Notes under the pieces: generated by a model
The model's database searches: none
What the model saw: only the letters and a program-made list of their open reading frames with translations
Told to the model about the DNA's origin: nothing
Shown here: positions 18,821 through 27,396 of the stretch, one piece after another
Layout: each line of letters begins with the position of its first letter
How positions within the stretch are numbered: the stretch's first letter is position 1
Translations under genes and position numbers: made by a program
From: Chitinophagales bacterium
GTDB taxonomy: Bacteria > Bacteroidota > Bacteroidia > Chitinophagales > JADIYW01
NCBI GenBank assembly: GCA_046329805.1
Contig: JAXLUA010000004.1
Span: 183,263 to 247,262, forward strand
DNA: 64,000 nt
Direction: 5' to 3'

Positions 18821-19908
18821 TAGTACCGGCATCATATACTCCTGAATGGATAATGGGAAAAAGGAAAATATATCCTAAAAGTGACCCTTCTATAATGGAA
18901 AAGGTTATTTATGCACTAACATTAGTGGAACAGTTAGCCCAAACAGACCTAGCATTTACATTTAAAGGCGGCACAAGTCTCTTACTGATATTGCCAGAAC
19001 CAAAAAGATTCTCAATTGACGTAGATATTGTGACAACTGAAAGCAGAGAAAAAATTGAAGCAATATTAGCAGACATTTGTAAGCAAGGTATATTCAGCAA
19101 ATTTGAGTTAGATAAATTAAGAAGTTATAAGCCTGGTATACCAAAAGCACATTATCTGCTTACATTCTATTCACAATTAGAAAGTAAAGAAAAAATAATC
19201 CTGCTGGATGTATTATACGAAGAACATGGCTACCCGGCATTAATACAAGCTCCAATAACAAACGAATGGATTCAGACAGATGACAACCTGTTAACGGTAC
19301 AGATACCAACCGTAGATTCTATTACTGGTGATAAGCTAACTGCTTATGCGCCTAATACGATTGGCATTCATTTCAGAGTTGAACATAAGGATGGCAGAGT
19401 AACAGAAAAGCAAATGGAAGTAATGAAACAACTATTTGACATTGGTATTTTATTTGAAAAAATTACTAATCTTACTCATTTTAAACAATCTTTCGCTACC
19501 ACATCAGCAAAAGAGATTGCATACAGAACCGAACAAAACATTACACAGGAAACTGTATTAAATGACATTATAGATACCTCCTTGATGATTGCTTCAATGG
19601 GCAAATTCTTTGATGCTAATGGAGATTTTAAACATATACAAGTTGGGCTTACCGGGCTTAAATCATTTATCTATAATGGTGCATTTCGTATTGATGAAGC
19701 GATAGTGGCATCATCGAAAGCTGTTTATCTGGCAGCTATCATCCTGACAGATTATAAAGGAGAAATTCAACGTTGGCAGGATGGTGATGACATTATGAAG
19801 TACGTGATAAAACCTATCGAATATCAATTCCTAAATAAACTAAGAAATATTCCCGGTGCTCCGCTATTTTATTGGCATCAAACATTAAGTTTGATGGATA
19901 AACTATAA
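18817..19908 (+). CDS. abiEii: AbiEii/AbiGii-family nucleotidyltransferase toxin (DUF1814)
   Basis: FTFKGGTSLLLIL...RFSIDVDIV matches the nucleotidyltransferase GS-x-DxD pattern of AbiEii. It is paired with AbiEi. Confidence 0.75.
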   Translation: MIVPASYTPEWIMGKRKIYPKSDPSIMEKVIYALTLVEQLAQTDLAFTFKGGTSLLLILPEPKRFSIDVDIVTTESREKIEAILADICKQGIFSKFELDKLRSYKPGIPKAHYLLTFYSQLESKEKIILLDVLYEEHGYPALIQAPITNEWIQTDDNLLTVQIPTVDSITGDKLTAYAPNTIGIHFRVEHKDGRVTEKQMEVMKQLFDIGILFEKITNLTHFKQSFATTSAKEIAYRTEQNITQETVLNDIIDTSLMIASMGKFFDANGDFKHIQVGLTGLKSFIYNGAFRIDEAIVASSKAVYLAAIILTDYKGEIQRWQDGDDIMKYVIKPIEYQFLNKLRNIPGAPLFYWHQTLSLMDKL

Positions 19909-20000
19909 AAATAAACTTATGTAAATTAACAGATAAAACAAAAATGGAATAAAGAATGAGTTTGTCTATTATGTTTTAACTTCTTTTAATTAAACCAGCC

Positions 20001-21953
20001 ATGACACTAAGTGAAGAAATAATAAACAAGCTATATTCAAAGCGTTCAGTGCTTATTGGAAGGTCTGAAAATGAATCACAGAATGATATAGTGGTACATG
20101 ACCTAACCGTCTCTCGTACTCATTGCAAACTCGAAATTTCATCGGATAACAAAATAATTCTCACCGATTTAAATTCCAAAAATCATACCTACGTAAATGG
20201 AAATCCATTGATAAATGATTCTATGGTCATTAGTGAAACAGATTTTATTTCTATTGGCAATAATGTTTTTTCACTCAGTAAAAAAAGTATCCCAAAAGAA
20301 ATAGCTATTACGGCTATAGACATAAGCAAGAGATTTTCCAATAATAAAGTTGCCTTAAACCCTATTTCCTTCAGTATATTTCAGGGTGATTTTGTTGCTA
20401 TTCTTGGTCCAACAGGTTGTGGTAAATCTGTCTTACTTAAAGTCTTAAATGGGTTTGACCCGGCAAGCTCCGGCAAGGTTGAGTTTTGCGGAAATGATTT
20501 ATATAAAGACTATAAGAAATGTAAAGAATTAATTGGATATGTACCGCAAGATGATATTGTACACAGCGAATTAACAGTTAAAGAAGCATTATATTTTTCA
20601 TTTCAACTGAGGAATAAGGAAAATGTGGATGATGATATAGTCTACAAAAAAATCAATGAAGTACTAAGTGAACTTAATTTATCAGATGCCGCTATCTTAA
20701 ATCAAAAGGTTGGCTCTTTATCCGGTGGACAAAGAAAAAGAATTTCGATTGCAATTGAATTATTTTCAGACCCTAAAGTCTTATACCTCGATGAACCAAC
20801 TTCTCCATTAGATCCTGAAACGATTGAAGAGTTTTTAGGAAGTATAAAAAAACTGACAGAAAAAGGAACTACCATTATAATGGTTACACACAAACCCGAA
20901 GATTTAAACTTTGTTGACAGAGTCATATGGTTAGGCACGGGTGGTTATTTAGCGTATTATGGAAATAAGGATAAATTCCTGGATTACTTTAAAAAAGAAA
21001 ATGCTATAAATATTTACACTGAACTGAAGAATAAGGATAAAGCACGTTCTTGGTATGAAAAATGGTTTTCTAATTATGACAAAAAAAAGGAAAAACCTGC
21101 AACTGTTACAGAAACAAAATCAGATTATCCCTTCTTTAGGCAACTATATTGGTTGACATACAGATACTTTAAGATAAAACTTAACGACAAAGGATATATG
21201 GCATTATTGTTAGCACAGGCTCCTGTCATAGCATGTTTAATTATTCTTATTTTCGATAAGCTAACGTTATCTGTATTGTTTATGATAAACCTGACCGCTA
21301 TATGGCTTGGTTCCAGCAATGCGGCTCGTGAAATAGTAGCAGAATTACCAATCTATCACAGAGAAAGAATGTACAATCTGAAGTTATTGCCTTATGTTCT
21401 GTCAAAACTTTTCGTGCAATTTATTTTTTCTACAGTTCAGTCATTCCTGTTTATAAGTATATTGTTTCTCTTTTATTTCAATTCTGTTATTTCTTTAGAA
21501 CATTACCTGCCGCTTGTAGGAATGATGATTTTAATTTCCATGTCAGCAGTAATAATGGGACTGCTGTTATCAGCTATAGTGAAAACAAGCGAACAGGCTA
21601 TTGCTTTATTGCCCTTACTGCTTATACCCCAGCTTATACTGTCAGGGGTTATTTATCCTATAAACCATAATAAGGTAATAGAATTTTTAAGTTGTGTTTC
21701 ATTAGGCAGGTTAGGCACATCTGCATTTTCGTGTATTCAAGAAAATGTAGAACATGCATTTGCCATAATTAATCAGCATGGATTCATGCACACCCAATAT
21801 AAAGTTATTAATACTGCGGAAGCACTTAATTTACCTGTTACACTGGGCTTAGACCCGAAAAACATGACACTGAATGTTATAATGGTTATTATACTATGTG
21901 CTATATTTATGCTGGGTACTGTTTTTGCATTAAAAAAGAAAGATACGATATGA
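20001..21953 (+). CDS. FHA domain-fused ABC exporter (FHA, NBD, ABC-2/ABCG-type permease in one polypeptide)
   Basis: FHA: IGRSENESQNDIVVHDLTVSRTHCKLE...DLNSKNHTYVNG. Walker A GPTGCGKS, Q-loop VPQDD, signature LSGGQRKR, Walker B VLYLDEPTS, H-loop VTHKP. About six C-terminal TM helices. Confidence 0.85.
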   Translation: MTLSEEIINKLYSKRSVLIGRSENESQNDIVVHDLTVSRTHCKLEISSDNKIILTDLNSKNHTYVNGNPLINDSMVISETDFISIGNNVFSLSKKSIPKEIAITAIDISKRFSNNKVALNPISFSIFQGDFVAILGPTGCGKSVLLKVLNGFDPASSGKVEFCGNDLYKDYKKCKELIGYVPQDDIVHSELTVKEALYFSFQLRNKENVDDDIVYKKINEVLSELNLSDAAILNQKVGSLSGGQRKRISIAIELFSDPKVLYLDEPTSPLDPETIEEFLGSIKKLTEKGTTIIMVTHKPEDLNFVDRVIWLGTGGYLAYYGNKDKFLDYFKKENAINIYTELKNKDKARSWYEKWFSNYDKKKEKPATVTETKSDYPFFRQLYWLTYRYFKIKLNDKGYMALLLAQAPVIACLIILIFDKLTLSVLFMINLTAIWLGSSNAAREIVAELPIYHRERMYNLKLLPYVLSKLFVQFIFSTVQSFLFISILFLFYFNSVISLEHYLPLVGMMILISMSAVIMGLLLSAIVKTSEQAIALLPLLLIPQLILSGVIYPINHNKVIEFLSCVSLGRLGTSAFSCIQENVEHAFAIINQHGFMHTQYKVINTAEALNLPVTLGLDPKNMTLNVIMVIILCAIFMLGTVFALKKKDTI

Positions 21954-22789
21954 ATATAAAGACAAGTAGATTGGTTATTTTATTCCTTTTGTTCGCTACA
22001 TCTTGTAAAGGAAATACCGGATTGGTGACAGAGAAAAAAATCGTTTATCAGTTTCCGAATACATCTGTAGTAGAAAAGATACCGCAGGATTGCATGGCGA
22101 AAGAGGATGATAAACTGATTAATGCTGCAAGCGGAGTTGAATCATTCTTCCTGAATGTTGTTGGCGATGAGGTTACAGAAAAGGATGAAAATAGTTATGG
22201 TAAGATGTTCAACGATGCTTTCAGAAAAGACCTGAAATTTGTTACGGATGTTAATATGAACCGCTTACAGGTTATACTAAAGAAACTTACCCCTTATGTT
22301 CAGCGAAAAGGCATTTCCTATTCCATAATACTTGTGAAAAATGATAACGATGTAAACGCCTGGACACACGCAGGTGGATATATTTACGTTACAACAGGCT
22401 TAATGAAGTTTGTAAACTCGGATGATGAACTCGCTTTTTGTATTGCTCACGAAATCGGTCACAATGAAAATGAACATTGCAAAGCATCTGTGCAACGCAT
22501 TAAAACAGCTAAGAACATGGGTGCAACCAACGAAATGACAGGTATGGCATCAACCATATTTTCGGCTGTTTTTGCAGCATTTAATCAACCACAGGAAACA
22601 GCATCCGACCTCGCAGGGGTCTATTTGATGTATAAGGCAGGTTATGAGCCGCAAAAAGCACTTGATTTTTTCGATAAGATGAGCAAAAATGAACAACCCA
22701 ATGCACTGGAGAAAATGCTGCGTTCTCACCCGTTTGCAACAGAGAGAAGAGCATGTTTACAAACGTATATAAATAATGCGGTACAATAA
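21950..22789 (+). CDS. M48-family zinc metalloprotease lipoprotein
   Basis: Lipobox LFATSC and HEIGHNENEH (HExxH). The start ATG overlaps the ABC stop (ATGA). The ORF-track start at 21896 was trimmed. Confidence 0.75.
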   Translation: MNIKTSRLVILFLLFATSCKGNTGLVTEKKIVYQFPNTSVVEKIPQDCMAKEDDKLINAASGVESFFLNVVGDEVTEKDENSYGKMFNDAFRKDLKFVTDVNMNRLQVILKKLTPYVQRKGISYSIILVKNDNDVNAWTHAGGYIYVTTGLMKFVNSDDELAFCIAHEIGHNENEHCKASVQRIKTAKNMGATNEMTGMASTIFSAVFAAFNQPQETASDLAGVYLMYKAGYEPQKALDFFDKMSKNEQPNALEKMLRSHPFATERRACLQTYINNAVQ

Positions 22790-22795
22790 GTAGAA

Positions 22796-23551
22796 ATGAG
22801 TAAGCAGAGAACAATAACATACGCATCATTTACCGGGATTGGCAAAAAAGCCAATAATGAGGATACTTACTTAACTGAGATACATGAAGAATCAGGTAGT
22901 GCTTTATGTATGGTGTGCGATGGAGTTGGAGGACAAAATAAAGGAGAGATAGCGTCTGCTTTGCTTATTGCTTCATTCAAAGAATATATGGAATCACATC
23001 CCGACTTGCCGGATGAATCCTGGGTTCAGAAAGCTATAAAATATGCGGAAGCCAGGTTTGATGCGCATACACAAGTAAATCCCGATGCAAAAGGAATGGC
23101 AAGTACATTGGCATTGTTGTATATGCACAATGACGAAGCATTGATTGCACATTGTGGCGACAGCCGCGTCTATCATTTTAGAGAAGAAGCTATTTTGTTT
23201 CAGACTAAGGACCATTCCTATGTGAACTGGCTGATTGATCGTGGTGAGATAACTATGGAACAAGTAGCCACACATCCCAAGAAAAATGTGATAACCAGAT
23301 GCATATCGGGTTCCGGGAACCCGACACAGGCGGAGATACATCACATAAAAGATTTACATTCGAATGATTACTTTTTACTCTGTACAGACGGTGTGTTGGA
23401 AGCCTGGAACAATAGAGAACTGGCAAGGTTAATGTTGCCAGAAAATAATATGCAAACAATTACTGATGAATTACAAGATAAATGCAGTCTGTTATCCATT
23501 GATAACTATACCGCCATTTCCATTAAAATAATAGAACAACAGGCATTATGA
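22796..23551 (+). CDS. PP2C-family (PPM) Ser/Thr protein phosphatase
   Basis: GKKANNEDTYL, MVCDGVGGQNKGEIAS and LLCTDGV metal-binding Asp motifs. No signal peptide. Confidence 0.85.
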   Translation: MSKQRTITYASFTGIGKKANNEDTYLTEIHEESGSALCMVCDGVGGQNKGEIASALLIASFKEYMESHPDLPDESWVQKAIKYAEARFDAHTQVNPDAKGMASTLALLYMHNDEALIAHCGDSRVYHFREEAILFQTKDHSYVNWLIDRGEITMEQVATHPKKNVITRCISGSGNPTQAEIHHIKDLHSNDYFLLCTDGVLEAWNNRELARLMLPENNMQTITDELQDKCSLLSIDNYTAISIKIIEQQAL

Positions 23552-24336
23552 ACTTGAAACTTTCTTCTTACATGAAGCATCTGCTGATTTTACTCGGGTT
23601 TATCTGCATGTGTTGTGTTGTGTATGCACAGGATAGCAAGCCAAAATCTAAAGCTACTACCAAACCGACAGTTATAACAAAGCCACCGGCTGCTGCAAAA
23701 CCTATGACAAGGACAACAACTTCATCCGTCACCACTGATAGCAACTATGGCTCTGTTACTGATATTGATGGCAATGTTTATAAAACCGTTAAAATCGGAA
23801 ACCAGATTTGGATGGCAGAAAACTTAAAAACTTCACACTATAATGATGGTACTCAGATACCTAACATAACTGATGGTAACAAATGGGTCTATTTAACAAC
23901 TGGTGCATATTGTTATTATGATAACGAGTATAAGAATAATACAATATATGGCAAGCTATATAATTGGTATGCCGTAAATACGGGTAAACTCGCGCCTAAA
24001 GGATGGCATATACCTACCGATGCGGAATGGTTAATATTAACTACCTTTTTAGGTGGCGAGACTATAGCAGGTGGTAAAATGAAATCTACAAAATATTGGA
24101 AATTACCAAATATAGGGGCAACTAATAACAGTGGTTTTAACTGTTTGCCGGCTGGTTATCGAACCCACATCTATGGTTTATATAACAGTATAGGATATTG
24201 CTGCTACTTTTGGTCTACCACAGAAGGTAATATTTATCCCGCATGGTATCGATCTCTCAGAAACACTAATTCTAATACGATTAGGGACCTTGACAATAAA
24301 GAAAGTGGCTATAGTGTTCGATGTATAAAAGATTAA
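23548..24336 (+). CDS. Secreted FISUMP-domain protein (Fibrobacter succinogenes major paralogous domain, TIGR02145-like)
   Basis: DIDGNVYKTVKIGNQIWMAENL...YGKLYNWYAV...KGWHIPTDAEW...SGFNCLPAGYR...YFWSTTE...GYSVRCIKD. Signal peptide ends VYA|QD. ATGA overlap with the PP2C stop. Confidence 0.8.
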   Translation: MNLKLSSYMKHLLILLGFICMCCVVYAQDSKPKSKATTKPTVITKPPAAAKPMTRTTTSSVTTDSNYGSVTDIDGNVYKTVKIGNQIWMAENLKTSHYNDGTQIPNITDGNKWVYLTTGAYCYYDNEYKNNTIYGKLYNWYAVNTGKLAPKGWHIPTDAEWLILTTFLGGETIAGGKMKSTKYWKLPNIGATNNSGFNCLPAGYRTHIYGLYNSIGYCCYFWSTTEGNIYPAWYRSLRNTNSNTIRDLDNKESGYSVRCIKD

Positions 24337-24343
24337 ATAAATA

Positions 24344-25159
24344 ATGATGAAAGTAAATAAATACAATAAGAATGAAATAACTTCAGAAGAAGAAAATGCC
24401 TATGTTTCCATTCAAATAATTGAAGACGAATTAAATAAAATACAAGGCGGTTTTCCGAATAATTATAATGGTATTTTTGATGAGTTGGAAAGCATTAAAC
24501 TACTTATATCACAAATTGGAGAATTAGTGTTACATGAAGAAAAAGAAACAAAACGCAAAAGAAAGGAAATACTGAATAAAGGAGAAGAACATGAAGTCGA
24601 TGATGTATTTGAAACAACGTCAAAAACACTCAAATTCAGAGAGTACACCTACAATTCTTTGCTTTTCCTGATACACTTAAACTTCGAAAAGTATTTAATT
24701 CAGTTATGTAAGCTAATAAATTCAACCCCATTAAAGAAGGATGATATAATAAATAAATTCCCTGAATCAGAATTTGAGGATGTAGATAGTTTTTATAGAT
24801 TTCTTAATGAACAAGTATCAATAAATACAGAAGTAAAAGATGAAACCTTCCCCACAATAAGAATTTATAAAGAAATAAGGAATGCATTGTACCATAGGGA
24901 TGGGTTTACTTATAAAGAAAATGTTATAACATGGATAAAGATGAGAGAGGACATTTTATTAACAAATAAAAAAACTGGCAAGGTAAAGTGTAAAGAATCA
25001 GGAAAAAAAATTATTAAGAATGTAGAATTCCAAAAGATAAAAATCACTAATTCATCATTTCTTATTTCATATATCAATGATATAGAATCCTACTTCAAGA
25101 AGATATTGGTATTAATAAGAACACGATATTATTCTGCATACGAACAAGGTAAATTATAA
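24344..25159 (+). CDS. Cytoplasmic hypothetical protein with a HEPN-like RNxxxH motif
   Basis: No signal peptide. EIRNALYHRDG (R-x4-H with Asn after Arg) sits in a predicted helical C-terminal half. The call rests on this single motif. Confidence 0.5.
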   Translation: MMKVNKYNKNEITSEEENAYVSIQIIEDELNKIQGGFPNNYNGIFDELESIKLLISQIGELVLHEEKETKRKRKEILNKGEEHEVDDVFETTSKTLKFREYTYNSLLFLIHLNFEKYLIQLCKLINSTPLKKDDIINKFPESEFEDVDSFYRFLNEQVSINTEVKDETFPTIRIYKEIRNALYHRDGFTYKENVITWIKMREDILLTNKKTGKVKCKESGKKIIKNVEFQKIKITNSSFLISYINDIESYFKKILVLIRTRYYSAYEQGKL

Positions 25160-25165
25160 CTAAAA

Positions 25166-25501
25166 ATGAGATTAATGGTCTTAAATACTTGGAGGTGTAG
25201 TGTTTTGATTTTGTTGTTGAATGCTTGTGTTGAATATACAAATGCGCAAGACATCAAACCAAAATCTAAAATTCAGATGCAGAGTTGGCAAAATAATTTC
25301 GATGAAGTCTGGACATTCAAAGAAGGACTTGCAGTAGTTAAGAAAAATAACAAATGGGGTTATGTAGATAACACCGGTACTGTAAAAATCCCATTAATCT
25401 ATGATAAGGCTTATGGTTTTATAAATGGCGTAGCATGGGTGGTGCAAAATGGTAAAAACAGATACATTAACAAAAACGGTAATTGCGTAAAAAATTGCTG
25501 A
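25166..25501 (+). CDS. Secreted WG-repeat (KWG) protein
   Basis: Signal peptide ends TNA|QD. FKEGLAVVKKNNKWGYVDNTGTVKIPLIYDKAYGFINGVAWV matches the WG_beta_rep pattern. Confidence 0.7.
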   Translation: MRLMVLNTWRCSVLILLLNACVEYTNAQDIKPKSKIQMQSWQNNFDEVWTFKEGLAVVKKNNKWGYVDNTGTVKIPLIYDKAYGFINGVAWVVQNGKNRYINKNGNCVKNC

Positions 25502-25521
25502 TAAAATATAATATTAAAAAT

Positions 25522-26172
25522 ATGAAAAATAAATTATGTATTTTCTTAATCTCGGTGGCATACTCAGTAAACGTTGTTAATGCACAAGATAATAAACCAA
25601 AACCAAAATCAAATACAACAATGCCAAAACAATCGAATAATGCATCTAAGCCAATAGTTGTAAAATCACAATCGAAACTAGAAACAATAGAGTGGATATT
25701 AGGTAAATTTAATAAATATGCTTCAACTGACATTGAGACAAATCATTCAAATCTTAATGACAAGTTTGCAATTAAGTATTACTCTTGGAAAGTAAAATAT
25801 TATGATATTCAATACTCTATTGATGATAATTACATGAACATAAAATACAAAACTATTTCATTTGAATATAATGGTAAAATGTACATTCAGAGAGAACGGA
25901 TTACAGAAAACAATATATTGATTCCTATATACGCAATAACTTCAGTTTACAAAGTAGATAATGAATTAGCAATAACTACTATCACGAATGCAATAAAAAA
26001 TGAAGGATTCTATGTTGAAGGCAATAAAAAATCTCCTTTTAAAATAAAAAACAGCTATTTCTCAATACCGTTTTCATTTTATGAAGAAGATGATCTTGGT
26101 GAACGTATTAGCAAGGCATTTATGAACTTAAAAAAATATTATTCACCTCCTACAAACTCTGAAACATTTTAA
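25522..26172 (+). CDS. Secreted hypothetical protein
   Basis: Signal peptide MKNKLCIFLISVAYSVNVVNA|QD followed by a KPKPK linker. No family recognised. The start was trimmed from 25483. Confidence 0.6.
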   Translation: MKNKLCIFLISVAYSVNVVNAQDNKPKPKSNTTMPKQSNNASKPIVVKSQSKLETIEWILGKFNKYASTDIETNHSNLNDKFAIKYYSWKVKYYDIQYSIDDNYMNIKYKTISFEYNGKMYIQRERITENNILIPIYAITSVYKVDNELAITTITNAIKNEGFYVEGNKKSPFKIKNSYFSIPFSFYEEDDLGERISKAFMNLKKYYSPPTNSETF

Positions 26173-26186
26173 TAATAAGTTTTTTA

Positions 26187-27152
26187 TCAGAAGAAATGTT
26201 CTGTTCCTAAGATTTTTAAATACTCATCAATTTTCATTTTTTGAAAATTCGCTGAAGTTTCATACTTCATTTTTTGGTCCCCTGTAACTAAAATAACTTT
26301 TTCATTCTTTACATAGCAATTCATTAGTATATGGCTATCGTTAATTGTATTCCATATATCCCGATTCAAGTCATTAAATTTTGTTCCGGCATTGAATTTT
26401 ATGAAAAAATCCTGCATGTTTTTCATGGCAGATTTATAAATACTAATAAATAATTTCATTTCATTTTCGGAAACGGATAAGTTATATTTTTTAAAATACT
26501 GAGCAGTACCATGCAAGTAAGTTTTGGCCATAATTGAAGCAAATTTCTCTTCTTTTCCTTGTCCTTTAGTTAATGATTTATAAATTTTTTGGTCGCCAAT
26601 TTCACTTTTCTCTAAGTTTACATTTGGATTAAATCCCTTTATAATTTGGGTAAATATTTCAAATTCATTTATTCTGTTCTCAATACAATTTATATGATTA
26701 ATTTCAATAGCATTTGCAATCTCAGAATTATCTTTTATCTGCTCAATAGTTTTACCTTTTAGTATTTCATTTGTTATGTCGTCACAAACCCTTAATACAC
26801 TGTCATTGTAAATCTTCTCATTTTCATCAATAATATCAAAAATATCATTTAAAACTATATTATTCAAGGATGGTCTGTATTTAAATTCATACTTTATTCC
26901 TGTCTGATTTCTGCCATGAAGTATTGAAGCTACTATTCCATTTAAACAGTTATCTCTTTCATTTAAATCTTGTTCATTTTTAGAAAGATGATATAATAGT
27001 TCGGTTAATACTATTACACTTAAGTGTACAGTTAATCCTTTCTCGGCTTCAGCCATTCTAATATTTTTCAATTTCTCCTCAATCTCACTAACTGAGCAGT
27101 TGAGGGTTAAATTTCTATAGGCACATGTATCAAAAATTACATTTGTATTCAT
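26187..27152 (-). CDS. Hypothetical protein, possible split PIN-like nuclease fold
   Basis: Acidic residues appear in PIN-like order: VIFDTCAY (N-terminus), LTELLYHL, INDSHIL and LVTGDQKM (C-terminus). There is a long helical insert. The assignment is weak. Confidence 0.5.
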   Translation of the reverse strand: MNTNVIFDTCAYRNLTLNCSVSEIEEKLKNIRMAEAEKGLTVHLSVIVLTELLYHLSKNEQDLNERDNCLNGIVASILHGRNQTGIKYEFKYRPSLNNIVLNDIFDIIDENEKIYNDSVLRVCDDITNEILKGKTIEQIKDNSEIANAIEINHINCIENRINEFEIFTQIIKGFNPNVNLEKSEIGDQKIYKSLTKGQGKEEKFASIMAKTYLHGTAQYFKKYNLSVSENEMKLFISIYKSAMKNMQDFFIKFNAGTKFNDLNRDIWNTINDSHILMNCYVKNEKVILVTGDQKMKYETSANFQKMKIDEYLKILGTEHFF

Positions 27153-27396
27153 ATTTATTATCTTTTTTTTCGCGACATCCGTGTCTATTTAATATAAATA
27201 TAAATATATTAAAATCCAAAGAAAATTTTGAATTATTTTTCAGTAAGCGGAAAAATTAAGCAAAATATAGGCAAATATTGTTTTTTGCCTTTTGTTTACA
27301 TAAACTTCTATGCAATCATTAAAGTAGATTATCATTTATAGATAGTTTATACCTCATTCATAGAAAATCAAAAAGATTTCTTTATTTTTAGATTTT

